Shown here piece by piece: positions 1 through 11,324 of a stretch of 62,300 nt of DNA. A model generated the notes under the pieces. That model searched no databases, was not told the origin of the DNA, and saw only the letters and a program-made list of their open reading frames with translations. The stretch spans positions 1 to 62,300 of the forward strand of contig JAOZMB010000001.1 of assembly GCA_029934515.1 (NCBI GenBank). The letters are read 5' to 3'. This stretch comes from Bacteroidales bacterium (lineage in GTDB: Bacteria > Bacteroidota > Bacteroidia > Bacteroidales > JAADGE01). Position 1 is the stretch's first letter, and every line of letters starts with the position of its first letter. The translations under genes were made by a program, and so were the position numbers.

Positions 1-1535
1 CAGAAGTAGCAGGTGATAAGGCGTTTGATTGGAATATTGAATTTAAAGAAATCATCGATAACGGTGGGTTTGATGTGGTAATTGGAAATCCGCCGTATTT
101 CAATATTCAAACACTTGGAAAAGGCTCAGCTGTTTTTAATTTTCTAAAAACTAATTATTCTCAAATATATCAGGATAAAAGTGATATATTATTCTATTTC
201 ATTAAAAAAGGAATAGATATTTCTAAAAATAATGTTTCATTCATTGTATCAAATGCTTTTCAATTTTCAGATAAGGCTCAAAAACTTAGAAATTGGTTAA
301 TTGATTTTGCAAATGTAATTAGAATAATAAATTTTGATAAATATATGGTATTTAAAGATGCTTCTATTACATCTCTAATCATTACAATAAAAAAAGAAAA
401 AGATATAAAAAAAACAGAATTTATAAATTTTACAGAAAAAAAATTGACCACAAGTATTATAGAAAATAAAATTAATAACAAAAATAACTACTCTAAAATT
501 TCTTTTGAAAAGGATAAAGTTTGGGCATTAATTAAAAAAGATTTAGCAGATTTATATAAAAAAATAGATAGCAATTATCCAAAATTATATGATTTATTAT
601 TGATTGGTAAAGGTATGGAAACTGCGGCTGATAGAGTTTTTACTTTTGAAAGTATACCGTCAATATTTCCAAAACTATTTTTTAAGAAAAGAGTTACAGG
701 TTTAAATATTGATAGATATTCAATTAAACAGGATACCGATTTTTTATTGTATTTTGAAGATATTGAAAATTTTGATGATTTAGATTTAAATATTCAAAAG
801 CATTTACTTAATAATAAATTTATTTTAAAAAATAGAGCCGATAAAAAAAGACGAACAACTGCAAAATGGTGGAATTACACATTTGCAATGCACAAAGAGA
901 AATACAATCTTCCTAAATTAGTTTGTAGTAGAAGGGCAGCTAATAATATATTTGCTTACGATGAAAACTTCAATTATTTGCCATTTTCAAATATGACCGT
1001 TATTTTTCAAACTAACAATAATATTTCTGTTAAGTATATTTTAACTCTTATAAATTCTAAGCTTTTAAATTATAGATATAAAGGAATTGCTAAACAAACA
1101 GGAAATGGAATTTTTGAATACTTCCCAAATTCAGTTGGTAAAATACCAATCAAAGAAATATCGCAAGAAGCCCAACAACCCTTTATAGAAAAATCAGATT
1201 TAATGCTTTCCTTAAACAAAGCACTTCAAACAAAATCTGATAAGTTTATAAAACGGATAAAATCGAATTTAGAAATACATAAAATCAGCAGGAAATTACA
1301 AAATTTTTACAATTTTGATTTTAGAACTTTTCTTTCCGAGTTGCGCAAACAAAAAATAAAACTTAAATTTAAAGAACAAGACGATTGGGAAGATTATTTC
1401 GATATTTACAAAACAGAAATCAACGAGCTACAAATCCAAATAAATCAAACCGACAAAGAAATAGATAAAATGGTTTACCAACTTTACGAACTCACAGACG
1501 AAGAAATTAAAATTGTGGAAAGTTCTGTAAAGTAA
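1..1535 (+). CDS. 5'-truncated N6-adenine DNA methyltransferase / type IIG R-M enzyme (Eco57I-like catalytic motif, TaqI-like C-terminal specificity domain)
   Basis: The frame of the track ORF 75..1535 stays open back to nt 3 (EVAGDKAFDWNIEFKEIIDNGGFDVVIGNPPY), so the gene starts upstream of the window. NPPY motif IV is at nt 87-98. The C-terminal half resembles TaqI/Eco57I-type target-recognition domains (WWNYTF, NGIFEYFPNSVGKIPIK). Confidence 0.7.
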   Translation, partial: EVAGDKAFDWNIEFKEIIDNGGFDVVIGNPPYFNIQTLGKGSAVFNFLKTNYSQIYQDKSDILFYFIKKGIDISKNNVSFIVSNAFQFSDKAQKLRNWLIDFANVIRIINFDKYMVFKDASITSLIITIKKEKDIKKTEFINFTEKKLTTSIIENKINNKNNYSKISFEKDKVWALIKKDLADLYKKIDSNYPKLYDLLLIGKGMETAADRVFTFESIPSIFPKLFFKKRVTGLNIDRYSIKQDTDFLLYFEDIENFDDLDLNIQKHLLNNKFILKNRADKKRRTTAKWWNYTFAMHKEKYNLPKLVCSRRAANNIFAYDENFNYLPFSNMTVIFQTNNNISVKYILTLINSKLLNYRYKGIAKQTGNGIFEYFPNSVGKIPIKEISQEAQQPFIEKSDLMLSLNKALQTKSDKFIKRIKSNLEIHKISRKLQNFYNFDFRTFLSELRKQKIKLKFKEQDDWEDYFDIYKTEINELQIQINQTDKEIDKMVYQLYELTDEEIKIVESSVK

Positions 1536-1660
1536 AAGATACAATTTTATTTTTTTATTGTTTATTGTTTATTATCTTTGTACTGTTTAATATATTTAAG
1601 AGATGGTGTTGTTCCAGAGGGAAATTCTAAAAGTTTTTAACTTCAATAAATTAAATTATT

Positions 1661-2164
1661 ATGGCTTTGTCTAAAGCAAGTATAACTGGTTTTTTTACAA
1701 CACCAGAACGTAGTTTTGATATAACAAGTAAGCTGTTGAGTTTGATGATTAGTGAAATGGAGAACGAAATTTTACATAAATATACTTTTCCTGAGATGAA
1801 ATCTACAGAATTGGAAATTTATGTAGACGCAGAAGTTGAAAGCAACAAGAGAAGAGTAATCAAGATGTCCAACAGAGAGAATGTATATTATCTTAGTTTT
1901 ACTTTCTATTTACCATATCAAACAGTAGTACAAAAAGAGGAAGTGAATATTCCAGTCTTTATAAGCGAATTTACGGAAGCTTTGCATACAGCACTTGCGC
2001 CTTACAATGTTGTTCCTCCAGAACTTTTTAAAACAGTTAAAAAACAATTAATATTAAAAACTAAGGATAATTCGAAATACAAGTACGCAATAACAGATAA
2101 AGAAATTGAATTTCGAAATAACATTAAAGACCTAAGAACGAGAATTAAATCTGGTTTATTTTAA
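1661..2164 (+). CDS. hypothetical protein (167 aa)
   Basis: Clean ATG ORF in an otherwise empty interval, with a TATCTTTG -7-like box at 1573-1580. No recognisable motif. Confidence 0.5.
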   Translation: MALSKASITGFFTTPERSFDITSKLLSLMISEMENEILHKYTFPEMKSTELEIYVDAEVESNKRRVIKMSNRENVYYLSFTFYLPYQTVVQKEEVNIPVFISEFTEALHTALAPYNVVPPELFKTVKKQLILKTKDNSKYKYAITDKEIEFRNNIKDLRTRIKSGLF

Positions 2165-2258
2165 GGATATGGATTAGATATAATAACTAATTTTTTTAAA
2201 TTATTCTCTGCGCTTGTACGGTGTTTTTTGTTGCGCCTATAAAATTCACAAAAAAATA

Positions 2259-3716
2259 ATGAAAATAAAAAATTTAACATACAATAAAGTGTGGAGTTAT
2301 GATGAAGCACTCGAATCGCAGGAAAATATAAAATTAAAAAAAAAATATGATTTATTTATAAACGGAAAATTCGTTCTTCCTGAAAAAAGTAAATATTTCC
2401 CAACAATAAATCCAGCCACAGAAGAGAAAATTACAAATATTGCACAAGCAGATAAAGCTGATATAAACAAAGCCGTTGAAAGTGCTGGTATTGCTTATGA
2501 AAAATATTGGTCGAAAATAAGTAACAGAGACAGAGGTAAATATATATTCCGTATAGCAAGAATGCTACAAGAACGTGCAAAAGAATTTGCTCTTATCGAA
2601 ACAATTGATAACGGTAAACCTATTAAAGAATCAATGTCGTTTGATATACCGACAGCAATAAATTGGTTCTTTTATTATGCTGGCTGGACTGACAAATTAA
2701 AATATGCCTTTCCTGGAAAAAAAATTAAACCGATAGGAACAATAGGACAAATTATACCTTGGAACTTTCCGTTGATGATGGCAGCATGGAAAATAGCACC
2801 AGCATTAAGTTGCGGAAATACTGTTGTTCTGAAACCAGCTGAAACAACATCTTTGACTGCTTTAAAACTTGCCGAACTAATACAAGATTGTGACCTACCA
2901 CCTGGAGTAGTAAATATTGTTACAGGAAACGGATACACAGGAGCCGAAATTGTAAAACATAAAGATATTAAAAAAATTGCTTTCACAGGTTCTACAAAAA
3001 TTGGTAAAGAAATACAGAGAACAACAGCTGGAACAGGAAAAAAAATAACACTTGAACTTGGCGGTAAAGGTGCGAATATTATTTTTGAAGATGCCGCTAT
3101 AAATCAAGCTGTTGAAGGAGTTATTAATTCAATTTATTTTAATCAAGGACATGTTTGTAGTGCTGGTTCGCGTCTTTTTGTTCAGGAAAATATTTACGAT
3201 ATTGTAATGAAAAAAATAAAAGACAGATTTAAAACATTAAAAATTGGAAACCCGCTTGATAAGAACACAGATATTGGTGCAATTAATTCAAAAAAACAAT
3301 TGGAAAAAATTCAAAATTATATTAAAATAGGAAAAAATGAAGGCGGCAAAATTTATCAAACATTCGGAAATTTACCAGAAAAAGGTTACTGGTGCAAACC
3401 AACAATATTTACAGAAGTTTCACAATCGCATACAATAGTGCGAGAAGAAATTTTTGGTCCAGTTCTTACTGTTCAAACGTTCAGAACAATTGACGAAGTT
3501 ATAGAAAAAGCAAACAACACATTTTACGGATTATCCGCTGGTGTGTGGACAGAGAAAGCTTCAAAAATATTTAAAGTTTCCTCAAAACTTAAAGCTGGAG
3601 TTATCTGGGCAAATTCATTTAATAAATTCAATGCAGCCTCGCCCTTCGGAGGATACAAAGAAAGTGGCTTAGGACGAGAAGGAGGAAAACACGGTCTAAT
3701 ACAGTATTTAAAATAA
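2259..3716 (+). CDS. NAD(P)-dependent aldehyde dehydrogenase family protein
   Basis: IIPWNFPLMMAAWKIAPALSCGNTVVLKPAE, ELGGKG and the catalytic-Cys motif FNQGHVCSAGSR. The track start 2214 is TTG; the ATG at 2259 (MKIKNLTYNK) is the more plausible start. Confidence 0.9.
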   Translation: MKIKNLTYNKVWSYDEALESQENIKLKKKYDLFINGKFVLPEKSKYFPTINPATEEKITNIAQADKADINKAVESAGIAYEKYWSKISNRDRGKYIFRIARMLQERAKEFALIETIDNGKPIKESMSFDIPTAINWFFYYAGWTDKLKYAFPGKKIKPIGTIGQIIPWNFPLMMAAWKIAPALSCGNTVVLKPAETTSLTALKLAELIQDCDLPPGVVNIVTGNGYTGAEIVKHKDIKKIAFTGSTKIGKEIQRTTAGTGKKITLELGGKGANIIFEDAAINQAVEGVINSIYFNQGHVCSAGSRLFVQENIYDIVMKKIKDRFKTLKIGNPLDKNTDIGAINSKKQLEKIQNYIKIGKNEGGKIYQTFGNLPEKGYWCKPTIFTEVSQSHTIVREEIFGPVLTVQTFRTIDEVIEKANNTFYGLSAGVWTEKASKIFKVSSKLKAGVIWANSFNKFNAASPFGGYKESGLGREGGKHGLIQYLK

Positions 3717-3774
3717 TTGATAATGAAAAAGTTTACTATCCAGAAGCTGTAAACAACCAGATAGTATAACTGTT

Positions 3775-4431
3775 TTACATCAATTCGTGAACAGTTTTTA
3801 CAAGGTTCATAGCGCCGTCAGCTATATCAATAATTGTAGCATCAAGCATATAACAAGGTGTTGTTGCTGTTTTATATTTTTCATCAATAATAACTTCACC
3901 ATGATTTGTTGTTATATGTTGTCCACCCATTAAGTTAATAACATTTGCCGTTCTTTCGTCCTTTCCTATCGTAACTTTTGCTCCCTCGAATACTTTGGCT
4001 ATAATCGCTGGAGAAATACATAAAGCACCTATTGGTTTTCCATATCTGAAAGCATCTTTTACTGTTTTTTCAACTTCTAAGTTTACTTTACAATCTTTTC
4101 CTTTAAAAGCAAAATCAGATAAATTTTTTGCAGCACCAAAACCTCCCGGAAATATAACTGCATCAAAGTCTCTCATATCAAGCTCTTTGAGAGCTTTTAT
4201 ATCTCCTCTCGCTATCCTCGCCGATTCTACTAATACATTTCTACTTTCTTTCATTTCTTTGCCAGTTATATGATTTACTACATGATAATGAGGTATATCC
4301 GGAGCAAAAATATCATATCTACTTCCTTGTTTCATAATGGCATAAAGTGTCATTGTTGCTTCGTGAATCTCTGCGCCATCGTAAACTCCACAGCCTGATA
4401 AAACAACTGCAATTTTTTTGTTTGTGTTCAT
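3775..4431 (-). CDS. elbB: ElbB-like DJ-1/PfpI family protein (isoprenoid biosynthesis glyoxalase ElbB type)
   Basis: N-terminus KIAVVLSGCGVYDGAEIHEATMTLYAI and nucleophile-elbow PIGALCISP are typical of ElbB. Length 218 aa. Confidence 0.75.
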   Translation of the reverse strand: MNTNKKIAVVLSGCGVYDGAEIHEATMTLYAIMKQGSRYDIFAPDIPHYHVVNHITGKEMKESRNVLVESARIARGDIKALKELDMRDFDAVIFPGGFGAAKNLSDFAFKGKDCKVNLEVEKTVKDAFRYGKPIGALCISPAIIAKVFEGAKVTIGKDERTANVINLMGGQHITTNHGEVIIDEKYKTATTPCYMLDATIIDIADGAMNLVKTVHELM

Positions 4432-4525
4432 TTGTTTTGTCTTTTTATAATTAATATTATTTAATTTTACAAAAATATAAAAAAATGATATGAAAAAAAA
4501 ATATTTATTACTCTATATTCAATAA

Positions 4526-4558
4526 ACTGTCGGCATAGTTTTAAGCCATACCAACAGT
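4526..4558. repeat. 33-nt palindromic element, copy 1 (ACTGTCGGCATAGTTTTAAGCCATACCAACAGT)
   Basis: Imperfect hairpin 25 nt downstream of the stop of the minus-strand carboxyltransferase gene. On the minus-strand transcript it gives a 10-bp stem with two G-U pairs. A near-identical copy is at 41079-41111. Confidence 0.6.
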
Positions 4559-4582
4559 GATTTGATTTACAATCTGATTGTA

Positions 4583-6130
4583 TTACAATGGTATATTTCC
4601 ATGTTTTTTTCTTGGAAGTTTATCTACTTTATTTTCAAGCATTTTAAAACCTCTAATTAAACGTTTTCTTGTTAGTTCTGGTTTTATTATTTCGTCTATG
4701 TAACCTCTTGCTGATGCAATATAAGGATTTGCAAAAATTAAATTATATTCTGTTTCTTTTTCAAGATGCTTTTCTTTAGGGTTTTTTGACGATGCAATTT
4801 CTTTTCTAAAAATTATTTCTGATGCTCCTTTTGCTCCCATTACTGCTATCTCAGCCGAAGGCCAAGCAAAATTAAGGTCGGCACCTATATGTTTTGAGTT
4901 CATAACATCGTATGCCCCGCCGTATGCTTTCCTTGTAATTACTGTTATTCGTGGTACTGTTGCTTCCGAAAAAGCATAAAGTAATTTTGCGCCGTTTGTT
5001 ATTATTGCGTTCCATTCTTGGTCTGTACCAGGAAGGAAACCAGGAACATCTTCGAACACAAGAAGTGGAATATTAAATGCATCACAAAAACGTACAAAAC
5101 GAGCCGCTTTTTTTGATGAATTTATATCAAGTACACCAGCAAGAAAAGCTGGTTGATTTGCTACAATTCCAATACTCTTTCCTCCAAGAAAAGCAAAACC
5201 AACAACAATATTTTCTGCAAAATCTTTATGAACTTCATAAAAAGTATCACAGTCAATAACTTTGTTTATAACCTCTTTTATATCGTAAGGTTGTGTAGAG
5301 TTCTCTGGAATAATATTGTTCAGTTCTGGTACAAGTTCGTTCTTTTCTGAATATGGTACGACTGGACTTTCTTCTTCGCAATTTTGTGGTATATAATCAA
5401 GTAATTTTTTAATTCCAGCAATTGCTTCAATATCATTTGCCACACTAAAATGTGCAACTCCAGATTTTGATGTATGTGTATCTGCGCCGCCAAGTTCTTC
5501 GGCTGTAACTTCTTCATTTGTAACTGTTTTGACTACATTTGGTCCAGTTACAAACATATAAGAAGAGCCTTTTACCATAATGTTAAAATCTGTAATTGCT
5601 GGCGAATAAACAGCCCCGCCTGCACATGGGCCCATTATTGCCGAAATTTGCGGAATTACTCCTGATGCGAGTGTATTCCTATAAAAAATATCTGCATATC
5701 CACCAAGCGAAACAACACCTTCCTGAATCCTTGCACCACCAGAATCGTTAAGACCTATAACGGGTGCACCGTTTTTCATGGCAAGTTCCATTATTTTAAC
5801 AATCTTTTCTGCATGTGCCTCGGCAAGCGAACCACCAAAGACTGTAAAATCCTGTGAAAATACATATATTAAACGTCCTTTTATGTAACCGTATCCTGTT
5901 ACAACTCCATCTCCGAGTATTTTTTGTTTGTCGAGACCAAAATCCTGTGAACGATGTTCTACGAACATGCCAAGCTCTTGGAAAGAACCTTTATCTAACA
6001 ATAGTTTGACACGTTCTCTTGCTGTAAGTTTTCCTTTTTTGTGTTGCTTTTCTATTCTTTTTTTGCCACCACCTTGTTTGGCGACTTCTTTTTTACGTTC
6101 AAGTAATTTAAATTTTTCTTGATTAAGCAT
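4583..6130 (-). CDS. acyl-CoA carboxylase carboxyltransferase subunit (propionyl-CoA carboxylase beta / methylmalonyl-CoA decarboxylase alpha family)
   Basis: 515 aa. Carboxyltransferase motifs [24 protein letters not shown] and [13 protein letters not shown]. Confidence 0.9.
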   Translation of the reverse strand: MLNQEKFKLLERKKEVAKQGGGKKRIEKQHKKGKLTARERVKLLLDKGSFQELGMFVEHRSQDFGLDKQKILGDGVVTGYGYIKGRLIYVFSQDFTVFGGSLAEAHAEKIVKIMELAMKNGAPVIGLNDSGGARIQEGVVSLGGYADIFYRNTLASGVIPQISAIMGPCAGGAVYSPAITDFNIMVKGSSYMFVTGPNVVKTVTNEEVTAEELGGADTHTSKSGVAHFSVANDIEAIAGIKKLLDYIPQNCEEESPVVPYSEKNELVPELNNIIPENSTQPYDIKEVINKVIDCDTFYEVHKDFAENIVVGFAFLGGKSIGIVANQPAFLAGVLDINSSKKAARFVRFCDAFNIPLLVFEDVPGFLPGTDQEWNAIITNGAKLLYAFSEATVPRITVITRKAYGGAYDVMNSKHIGADLNFAWPSAEIAVMGAKGASEIIFRKEIASSKNPKEKHLEKETEYNLIFANPYIASARGYIDEIIKPELTRKRLIRGFKMLENKVDKLPRKKHGNIPL

Positions 6131-6458
6131 AAGTTATTGAATATTTATTTTTGGAATATTAAAAAATAATATGCAAAGATATAATTTTTTTTGTGAAAAA
6201 ATAAATAAAATTATTAGAATTTATTATTTTCAAAATAGTAATTCTTTAATTTTAAGTATTTAAATATTTTGTCATAATTTTGTTTTTACAAAAAAAATAT
6301 TATTTTTGCATAATAGAAATTATTCTAAATGGAAATGAAATTTCAGAAGTTACTTTTTAATGATTCCTATAAGATTTTTTGCAAGAATATAAAAAAAAGA
6401 AAAAAGATATTGAGTACAAAAAGAAAATTTATAAATCAATACATTAATAATTTTTATT

Positions 6459-6968
6459 ATGACTTTAATTGGTTATAATTTGATGCAAAAAGTGAATAAA
6501 ACAATATTGTTTAATGCTGTTGCTGAATTATTATATTTAGATTCTTCTCAAATTATGTGCGTAAACACAGGACAACAATGTTCAAATACAAAAGTTGTTA
6601 TTTTGTATCGAGAGTCTGATGACACTGATGATTATACAGCATTGGCTGAGATTAATTCTTATGAAACAGTTTATGAAGACCCACAATTTTATGAACTTGA
6701 TTTTGGTATTAAACTTGCCAGAAAAATTAATGCTGATTTATTTGTTTCCGCACCTTTGTCAAGTCCATACGATACAATAAAAATTACACCAAAAGGAAGT
6801 ATTTATAATTGTATAGAAGATTTTTATGAAGATGAAAACGGCAAAGAATTTATTAAAATTATAAATCTTGATAAGTTCTCAAAAAAAGAAATAATAAAAC
6901 TAAAAAAAGAATATAAAGAAGCAACAATAAAAGAACTCGAAGAGTTAAAAAATAGAAAAAATAAATGA
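6459..6968 (+). CDS. hypothetical protein (169 aa)
   Basis: ORF only; acidic, with a Lys-rich coiled tail. The start is uncertain (an internal ATG at MQKVNK is possible). Confidence 0.4.
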   Translation: MTLIGYNLMQKVNKTILFNAVAELLYLDSSQIMCVNTGQQCSNTKVVILYRESDDTDDYTALAEINSYETVYEDPQFYELDFGIKLARKINADLFVSAPLSSPYDTIKITPKGSIYNCIEDFYEDENGKEFIKIINLDKFSKKEIIKLKKEYKEATIKELEELKNRKNK

Positions 6969-6996
6969 TTTGAATTTACTCTTAATTTTATTTAAT

Positions 6997-9102
6997 ATGA
7001 AAAAAATATTTCTTACTAAAATAATTCTAATTGTTACAATTTCATTATCTATTGCACAATTAGATGTTTTTTTCAAAGATGATTTTGATAATAACAAGAA
7101 TAATTGGTATATTTTCGATGAAGACGGAGCAAGTGCAAAAATAAATAACGGCACTATGATAATGGAATGTAAAGATGATTATGCTAGTTATAGGTTCTGG
7201 AAAAGTATAAATTTGAATATAAAAAAAGATTTTTATATTCAAATAAGAATAAAACAAATATCAGGAAATAAAAATGAAGGCTCAGGTATAGTATGGGGCG
7301 CAAAAGGTTGGAGTAACAGTTTTAATTTTGATGTCTCAGCTGATGGATATTATAAAATATACGGTTACAAAAATGAAAAACTTTTCTATATAAAACGAAA
7401 AACAAAATATTCAAAAATTAATTCTACTGGTTTGTACAATACAATTGCTATTCATAAAAAAGCAGATAAATTATTTTTTTATATTAATTGTAATAAGGTT
7501 TATTCAACAAAATTTCGTACTTTTTTTGGTAATTATATAGGATTTATTGCTGGAAATGGAACAAAAATTATGGCAGATTATATTACAATAAAACACCACA
7601 ACGCAAAAATTAATCTTGTAAGTAAATCGGTTTCAAAATATAGCAAAAAAAATATGGGCTTGAACATAAACTCACAGTATTCCGAAATTGCACCTATTAT
7701 TGCACCTGATGGAAAAACTTTATATATATCCCGAAATGACCACCCAAATAACATAGGTGGGAAATCGAAATACGACATCTGGTATTCTAAATTAAAACCA
7801 AACGGTAAGTGGAGTAAAATTAAAAATATTGGGAAACCTTTAAATAATGCTGGAGATAATGTTGTTATTGCTGTATCGCCAGACAATAATACTCTTTGGC
7901 TTGAAACTTTGTACAACAACGACGGCAGTTACAAAAATGATAAAGGAATTTCTATTTCGCAAAGAACAAAAAACGGCTGGAGCATACCCAAAAAAATTGT
8001 TATAAAAAATTATTATAATAGAGATATTTATGAAAGTTTTTGTCCAACAGTAGATAGAAAAGTTCTTATAATGTCATGCAAACGTGATGACGGTTACGGC
8101 GAAAAAGATATGTGGGTGAGTTTCCTTACAGACAATGGAACATACAGCGAACCACAAAATATGGGAGCAATTATAAATAGTTACAACGAAGAAGGAACTC
8201 CTTATATAGCTCCCGATAACAAAACCTTATATTTCTATTCGTACACAGAACCTGGTTATGGAAGTGCAGATATATTTGTAACAAAACGATTAGACGAGAC
8301 CTGGACAAAGTGGAGTGAACCAAAAAATCTTGGTAAAAAAATAAACACAAATGATTGGGATGTTTATTACACGGTCGCTGCAAAAGGTGATTACGCGTAC
8401 CTCGTTTCATCGAAAAATTCATACGGAAACGAAGATATTTTTAATATTAAACTAACAGAAGAAGAAAAACCAGAACCGGTAATACTCATAGAAGGTAAAG
8501 TATTTGACAGAAAAACAGGAAAACCAATAGGAACATCTATCGTTTATGAAAACACAGAAACAGGAAAAATAACGGGGCACGCTAGCTCAAATCCTGTAAC
8601 TGGCGAGTATAAAATTATTCTGCCTTTTGGTATAAAATATCAAATAAGAACTACAAAAAAAGATTATTTTGCAATTAGTGAAATGTTCGATTTACGAAAC
8701 TTCTCTGAATATAAAGAAATAAAAAAAGATTTATTAATGATACCGCTCGAAAAAGGAAAAGCTATTCTACTCAAAAATGTTCTTTTTTATTCCTCAAAAG
8801 CTACTCTGATGCCTGGTTCATACAGCGAAATAAATAGACTCGCAAAAATAATGAACGAAAATCCTTCTATGATTATTGAACTGCAAGGACATACCGAATT
8901 ATCAATAGGATACGAAAAAAAATTAATGGAACTATCAAAAAAACGAGTCAAAACAGTAAAAAATTATCTTATAAAAAAAGGTGTCGAAGCAGAAAGAATA
9001 AAAGAAAAAGCATTCGGCGGAACAAAACCAATAACAAGCAATAAAACAAAAAAAGAAAAAGCTAAAAATAGAAGAGTAGAATTTGTAATATTAAAGAAAT
9101 AG
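6997..9102 (+). CDS. OmpA-family outer-membrane/periplasmic protein with LamG-like N-terminal domain, PD40 (TolB-like) repeats and a CarboxypepD_reg-like domain
   Basis: Signal peptide MKKIFLTKIILIVTISLSIAQ. PD40-type repeats (SEIAPIIAPDGKTLYISRN, EEGTPYIAPDNKTLYFYS). C-terminal OmpA motif (ELQGHTE...NRRVEFVILK). The track start 6970 is TTG; the ATG at 6997 is preferred. Confidence 0.85.
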   Translation: MKKIFLTKIILIVTISLSIAQLDVFFKDDFDNNKNNWYIFDEDGASAKINNGTMIMECKDDYASYRFWKSINLNIKKDFYIQIRIKQISGNKNEGSGIVWGAKGWSNSFNFDVSADGYYKIYGYKNEKLFYIKRKTKYSKINSTGLYNTIAIHKKADKLFFYINCNKVYSTKFRTFFGNYIGFIAGNGTKIMADYITIKHHNAKINLVSKSVSKYSKKNMGLNINSQYSEIAPIIAPDGKTLYISRNDHPNNIGGKSKYDIWYSKLKPNGKWSKIKNIGKPLNNAGDNVVIAVSPDNNTLWLETLYNNDGSYKNDKGISISQRTKNGWSIPKKIVIKNYYNRDIYESFCPTVDRKVLIMSCKRDDGYGEKDMWVSFLTDNGTYSEPQNMGAIINSYNEEGTPYIAPDNKTLYFYSYTEPGYGSADIFVTKRLDETWTKWSEPKNLGKKINTNDWDVYYTVAAKGDYAYLVSSKNSYGNEDIFNIKLTEEEKPEPVILIEGKVFDRKTGKPIGTSIVYENTETGKITGHASSNPVTGEYKIILPFGIKYQIRTTKKDYFAISEMFDLRNFSEYKEIKKDLLMIPLEKGKAILLKNVLFYSSKATLMPGSYSEINRLAKIMNENPSMIIELQGHTELSIGYEKKLMELSKKRVKTVKNYLIKKGVEAERIKEKAFGGTKPITSNKTKKEKAKNRRVEFVILKK

Positions 9103-9132
9103 ATAATATGATTAAAATAAAAAAATTAAATT

Positions 9133-10539
9133 CTAATCAGAATTAAGATTGTGACCAAGTTTTTTTCCTTCTTTTATCATAAATTCAAAAGCTTGTTCAT
9201 AATTGTTTGGAATTATTCCGTTTAGAATAGCTTCTCTGATGGATTTTTTTATGATACCTACGTCCCTTGACGGTTTCATATTAAATGTATTCATTATAAT
9301 ATCTCCCGAAATTGGAGGTTGCCAATTTCTTAATTTATCTCGTTCTTCGACCTCTTTTAATTTTGCTCTTACATTTTTGAAATTATTTAAGAACTGTTTT
9401 TTTTTTTTTTCTATTTTTGAAGTAATATCAGCCTCACAAAGCATCATTAAATCATCAGTATCATCACCAGCATCGAACAACAAACGGCGAATAGCAGAGT
9501 CCGTAACGATTTCTTCTACAAGCGAAATAGGACGTAAATGAAGTCGAACCAACTTGGCTGTATATTTCATTTTCTCGTTCAAAGGCAAACGCATCCTTTT
9601 AAATATCTTCGGAACCATATGATAACCAACAAATTCATGAGCATGAAATGTCCAACCATCAGTAGTGATTTTTTTTGTACGTGGTTTGCCTATATCATGC
9701 AAAAGTGCCGCCCAACGAAGCCATAAATTATTTGATTTTAACGAAATATTATCAACAACCTGAATTGTGTGTATAAAATTATCTTTATGTCCAAAACCGT
9801 TAATAATTTCTATACCTTTCATATTAAAAAGTTCTGGAAATATAAGCTCAAGCAAACCAGATTTATCAAGTAATTTTAATCCTCGTGATGGCTTCTTCGA
9901 CATCAATATTTTATTAAATTCGTCTGTTATTCTTTCTCTGGATACTATTTTTATTCTTTTTCTATTATATTTTATTGCTCGAAATGTCGGAGCGTAAATT
10001 TCAAAATTCAATTGAGATGCAAATCTTATTGCCCGCATCATTCTCAGCGGGTCATCAGAAAAAGTTATTGAAGGGTCAAGTGGAGTTATAATAATTTTCT
10101 TTTCAATATCATTTATTCCATTAAAAGGATCTATTAGTTTGCCAAAATTTTTTTCTGAAAGACAAATAGCAAGACTATTTATTGTAAAATCCCTTCTGTT
10201 CTGGTCGTCTTCCAGAGTTCCTTTTTCAACAAAAGGTCTTCTGGAATCCTTAGAATAAGATTCTTTACGCGCACCAACAAATTCTATTTCCATATCGCCG
10301 TATTTTAACATTGCCGTTCCGAAACGTTTAAAAATATTGATATTAATAGCACCAATTTTGCGAGCAACTTCAACAGCAAGCTCAATTCCACTGCCAAGAA
10401 CAACAATATCAATATCCTTCGATGGACGACCTAATATTAAATCTCTAACAAAACCGCCAATAACAAATGCTTCCTTTTGACTCTTGGAAGTTATATCTTT
10501 TATAATGTTAAAAATAGGATGCCGTAATTTATGTTTCAT
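9133..10539 (-). CDS. tRNA nucleotidyltransferase / poly(A) polymerase family protein with HD domain (CCA-adding enzyme type)
   Basis: GGFVRDLILGRPSKDIDIVV nucleotidyltransferase head, DPLRMMRAIRFASQL, and HD region LLHDIGKP. Confidence 0.85.
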   Translation of the reverse strand: MKHKLRHPIFNIIKDITSKSQKEAFVIGGFVRDLILGRPSKDIDIVVLGSGIELAVEVARKIGAININIFKRFGTAMLKYGDMEIEFVGARKESYSKDSRRPFVEKGTLEDDQNRRDFTINSLAICLSEKNFGKLIDPFNGINDIEKKIIITPLDPSITFSDDPLRMMRAIRFASQLNFEIYAPTFRAIKYNRKRIKIVSRERITDEFNKILMSKKPSRGLKLLDKSGLLELIFPELFNMKGIEIINGFGHKDNFIHTIQVVDNISLKSNNLWLRWAALLHDIGKPRTKKITTDGWTFHAHEFVGYHMVPKIFKRMRLPLNEKMKYTAKLVRLHLRPISLVEEIVTDSAIRRLLFDAGDDTDDLMMLCEADITSKIEKKKKQFLNNFKNVRAKLKEVEERDKLRNWQPPISGDIIMNTFNMKPSRDVGIIKKSIREAILNGIIPNNYEQAFEFMIKEGKKLGHNLNSD

Positions 10540-10855
10540 AAAAATATGTTAATATGTCAATATGTTATAAAAATATGCCAAATTTACATTTTTTACCTAT
10601 TCTGTCGCAAATTATTAAGGTTATTATAAATAAACAAAATTAGGTAAATTTATCTGTTAATAATATTTATAAAAATAAAAGTTTAATGTTTAAAAAACTG
10701 ATTATCAAAATATTATAAAAATTAGAAAATCAATAATTTTATTTTTTTTACTATTTATAACAATATTTATTTAAAATAGGTATGTATTTTGCAAAGAAAA
10801 AAGCAAAAGCAATAAAAAATTGTTAAATGTAAATAATTTAAAATTAAATATAAAA

Positions 10856-11230
10856 ATGGCAAAAGTAAAATTTTTAAATGAAGAATCGTTCAAAAAAAAT
10901 GTTTTTAATTACAAGAAAAATAAAGAATGGAAATTTGAAGGTGATAAACCTTGTATTATAGATTTCTATGCAGATTGGTGTGGCCCCTGTCAAGTGGTAG
11001 CACCGGTACTTGAAGAGCTACAAACTGAGTACGAAGGGAAAATAGATATTTATAAAATCGATACAGAAAAAGAACGAACTTTGTCAGGTATGTTTGGGAT
11101 TAGAAGTATTCCTTCATTATTATTTGTTCCAATGGAAGGTCAACCGCAAATGTCAACAGGCGCATTGCCAAAAGAGAGCTTTAAAAAAGCTATTGCAGAC
11201 GTATTAAAAGTAGATATTTCTCAAAATTAA
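10856..11230 (+). CDS. trxA: thioredoxin
   Basis: WCGPCQ active site within FYADWCGPCQVVAPVLEEL. The ATG at 10856 (MAKVKF) is preferred over the TTG at 10820. Confidence 0.85.
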   Translation: MAKVKFLNEESFKKNVFNYKKNKEWKFEGDKPCIIDFYADWCGPCQVVAPVLEELQTEYEGKIDIYKIDTEKERTLSGMFGIRSIPSLLFVPMEGQPQMSTGALPKESFKKAIADVLKVDISQN

Positions 11231-11266
11231 TTAAAGTATATAGTTAGAAAATTAAAATTAAATTAT

Positions 11267-11310
11267 AAAAAAAAACTTTGCCGAAAATTAAGATTTGGCA
11301 AAGTTTTTTT
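11267..11310. terminator. bidirectional rho-independent terminator between convergent trx and alpha-2-macroglobulin genes
   Basis: AAAAAAAAACTTTGCC-gaaaattaagattt-GGCAAAGTTTTTTT. The stem is perfect, with an A-run on one side and a T-run on the other. Confidence 0.6.
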
Positions 11311-11324
11311 GTTCTTACAAATCT

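Noticed and set aside
6330-6479. A 49-codon ATG ORF (MEMKFQKLLFNDSYKIF...) in the long AT-rich gap upstream of 6459.
   Set aside because: It is a lysine-rich, low-complexity product with no motif, and it overlaps the next ORF's start in another frame. The evidence is insufficient to call a gene.
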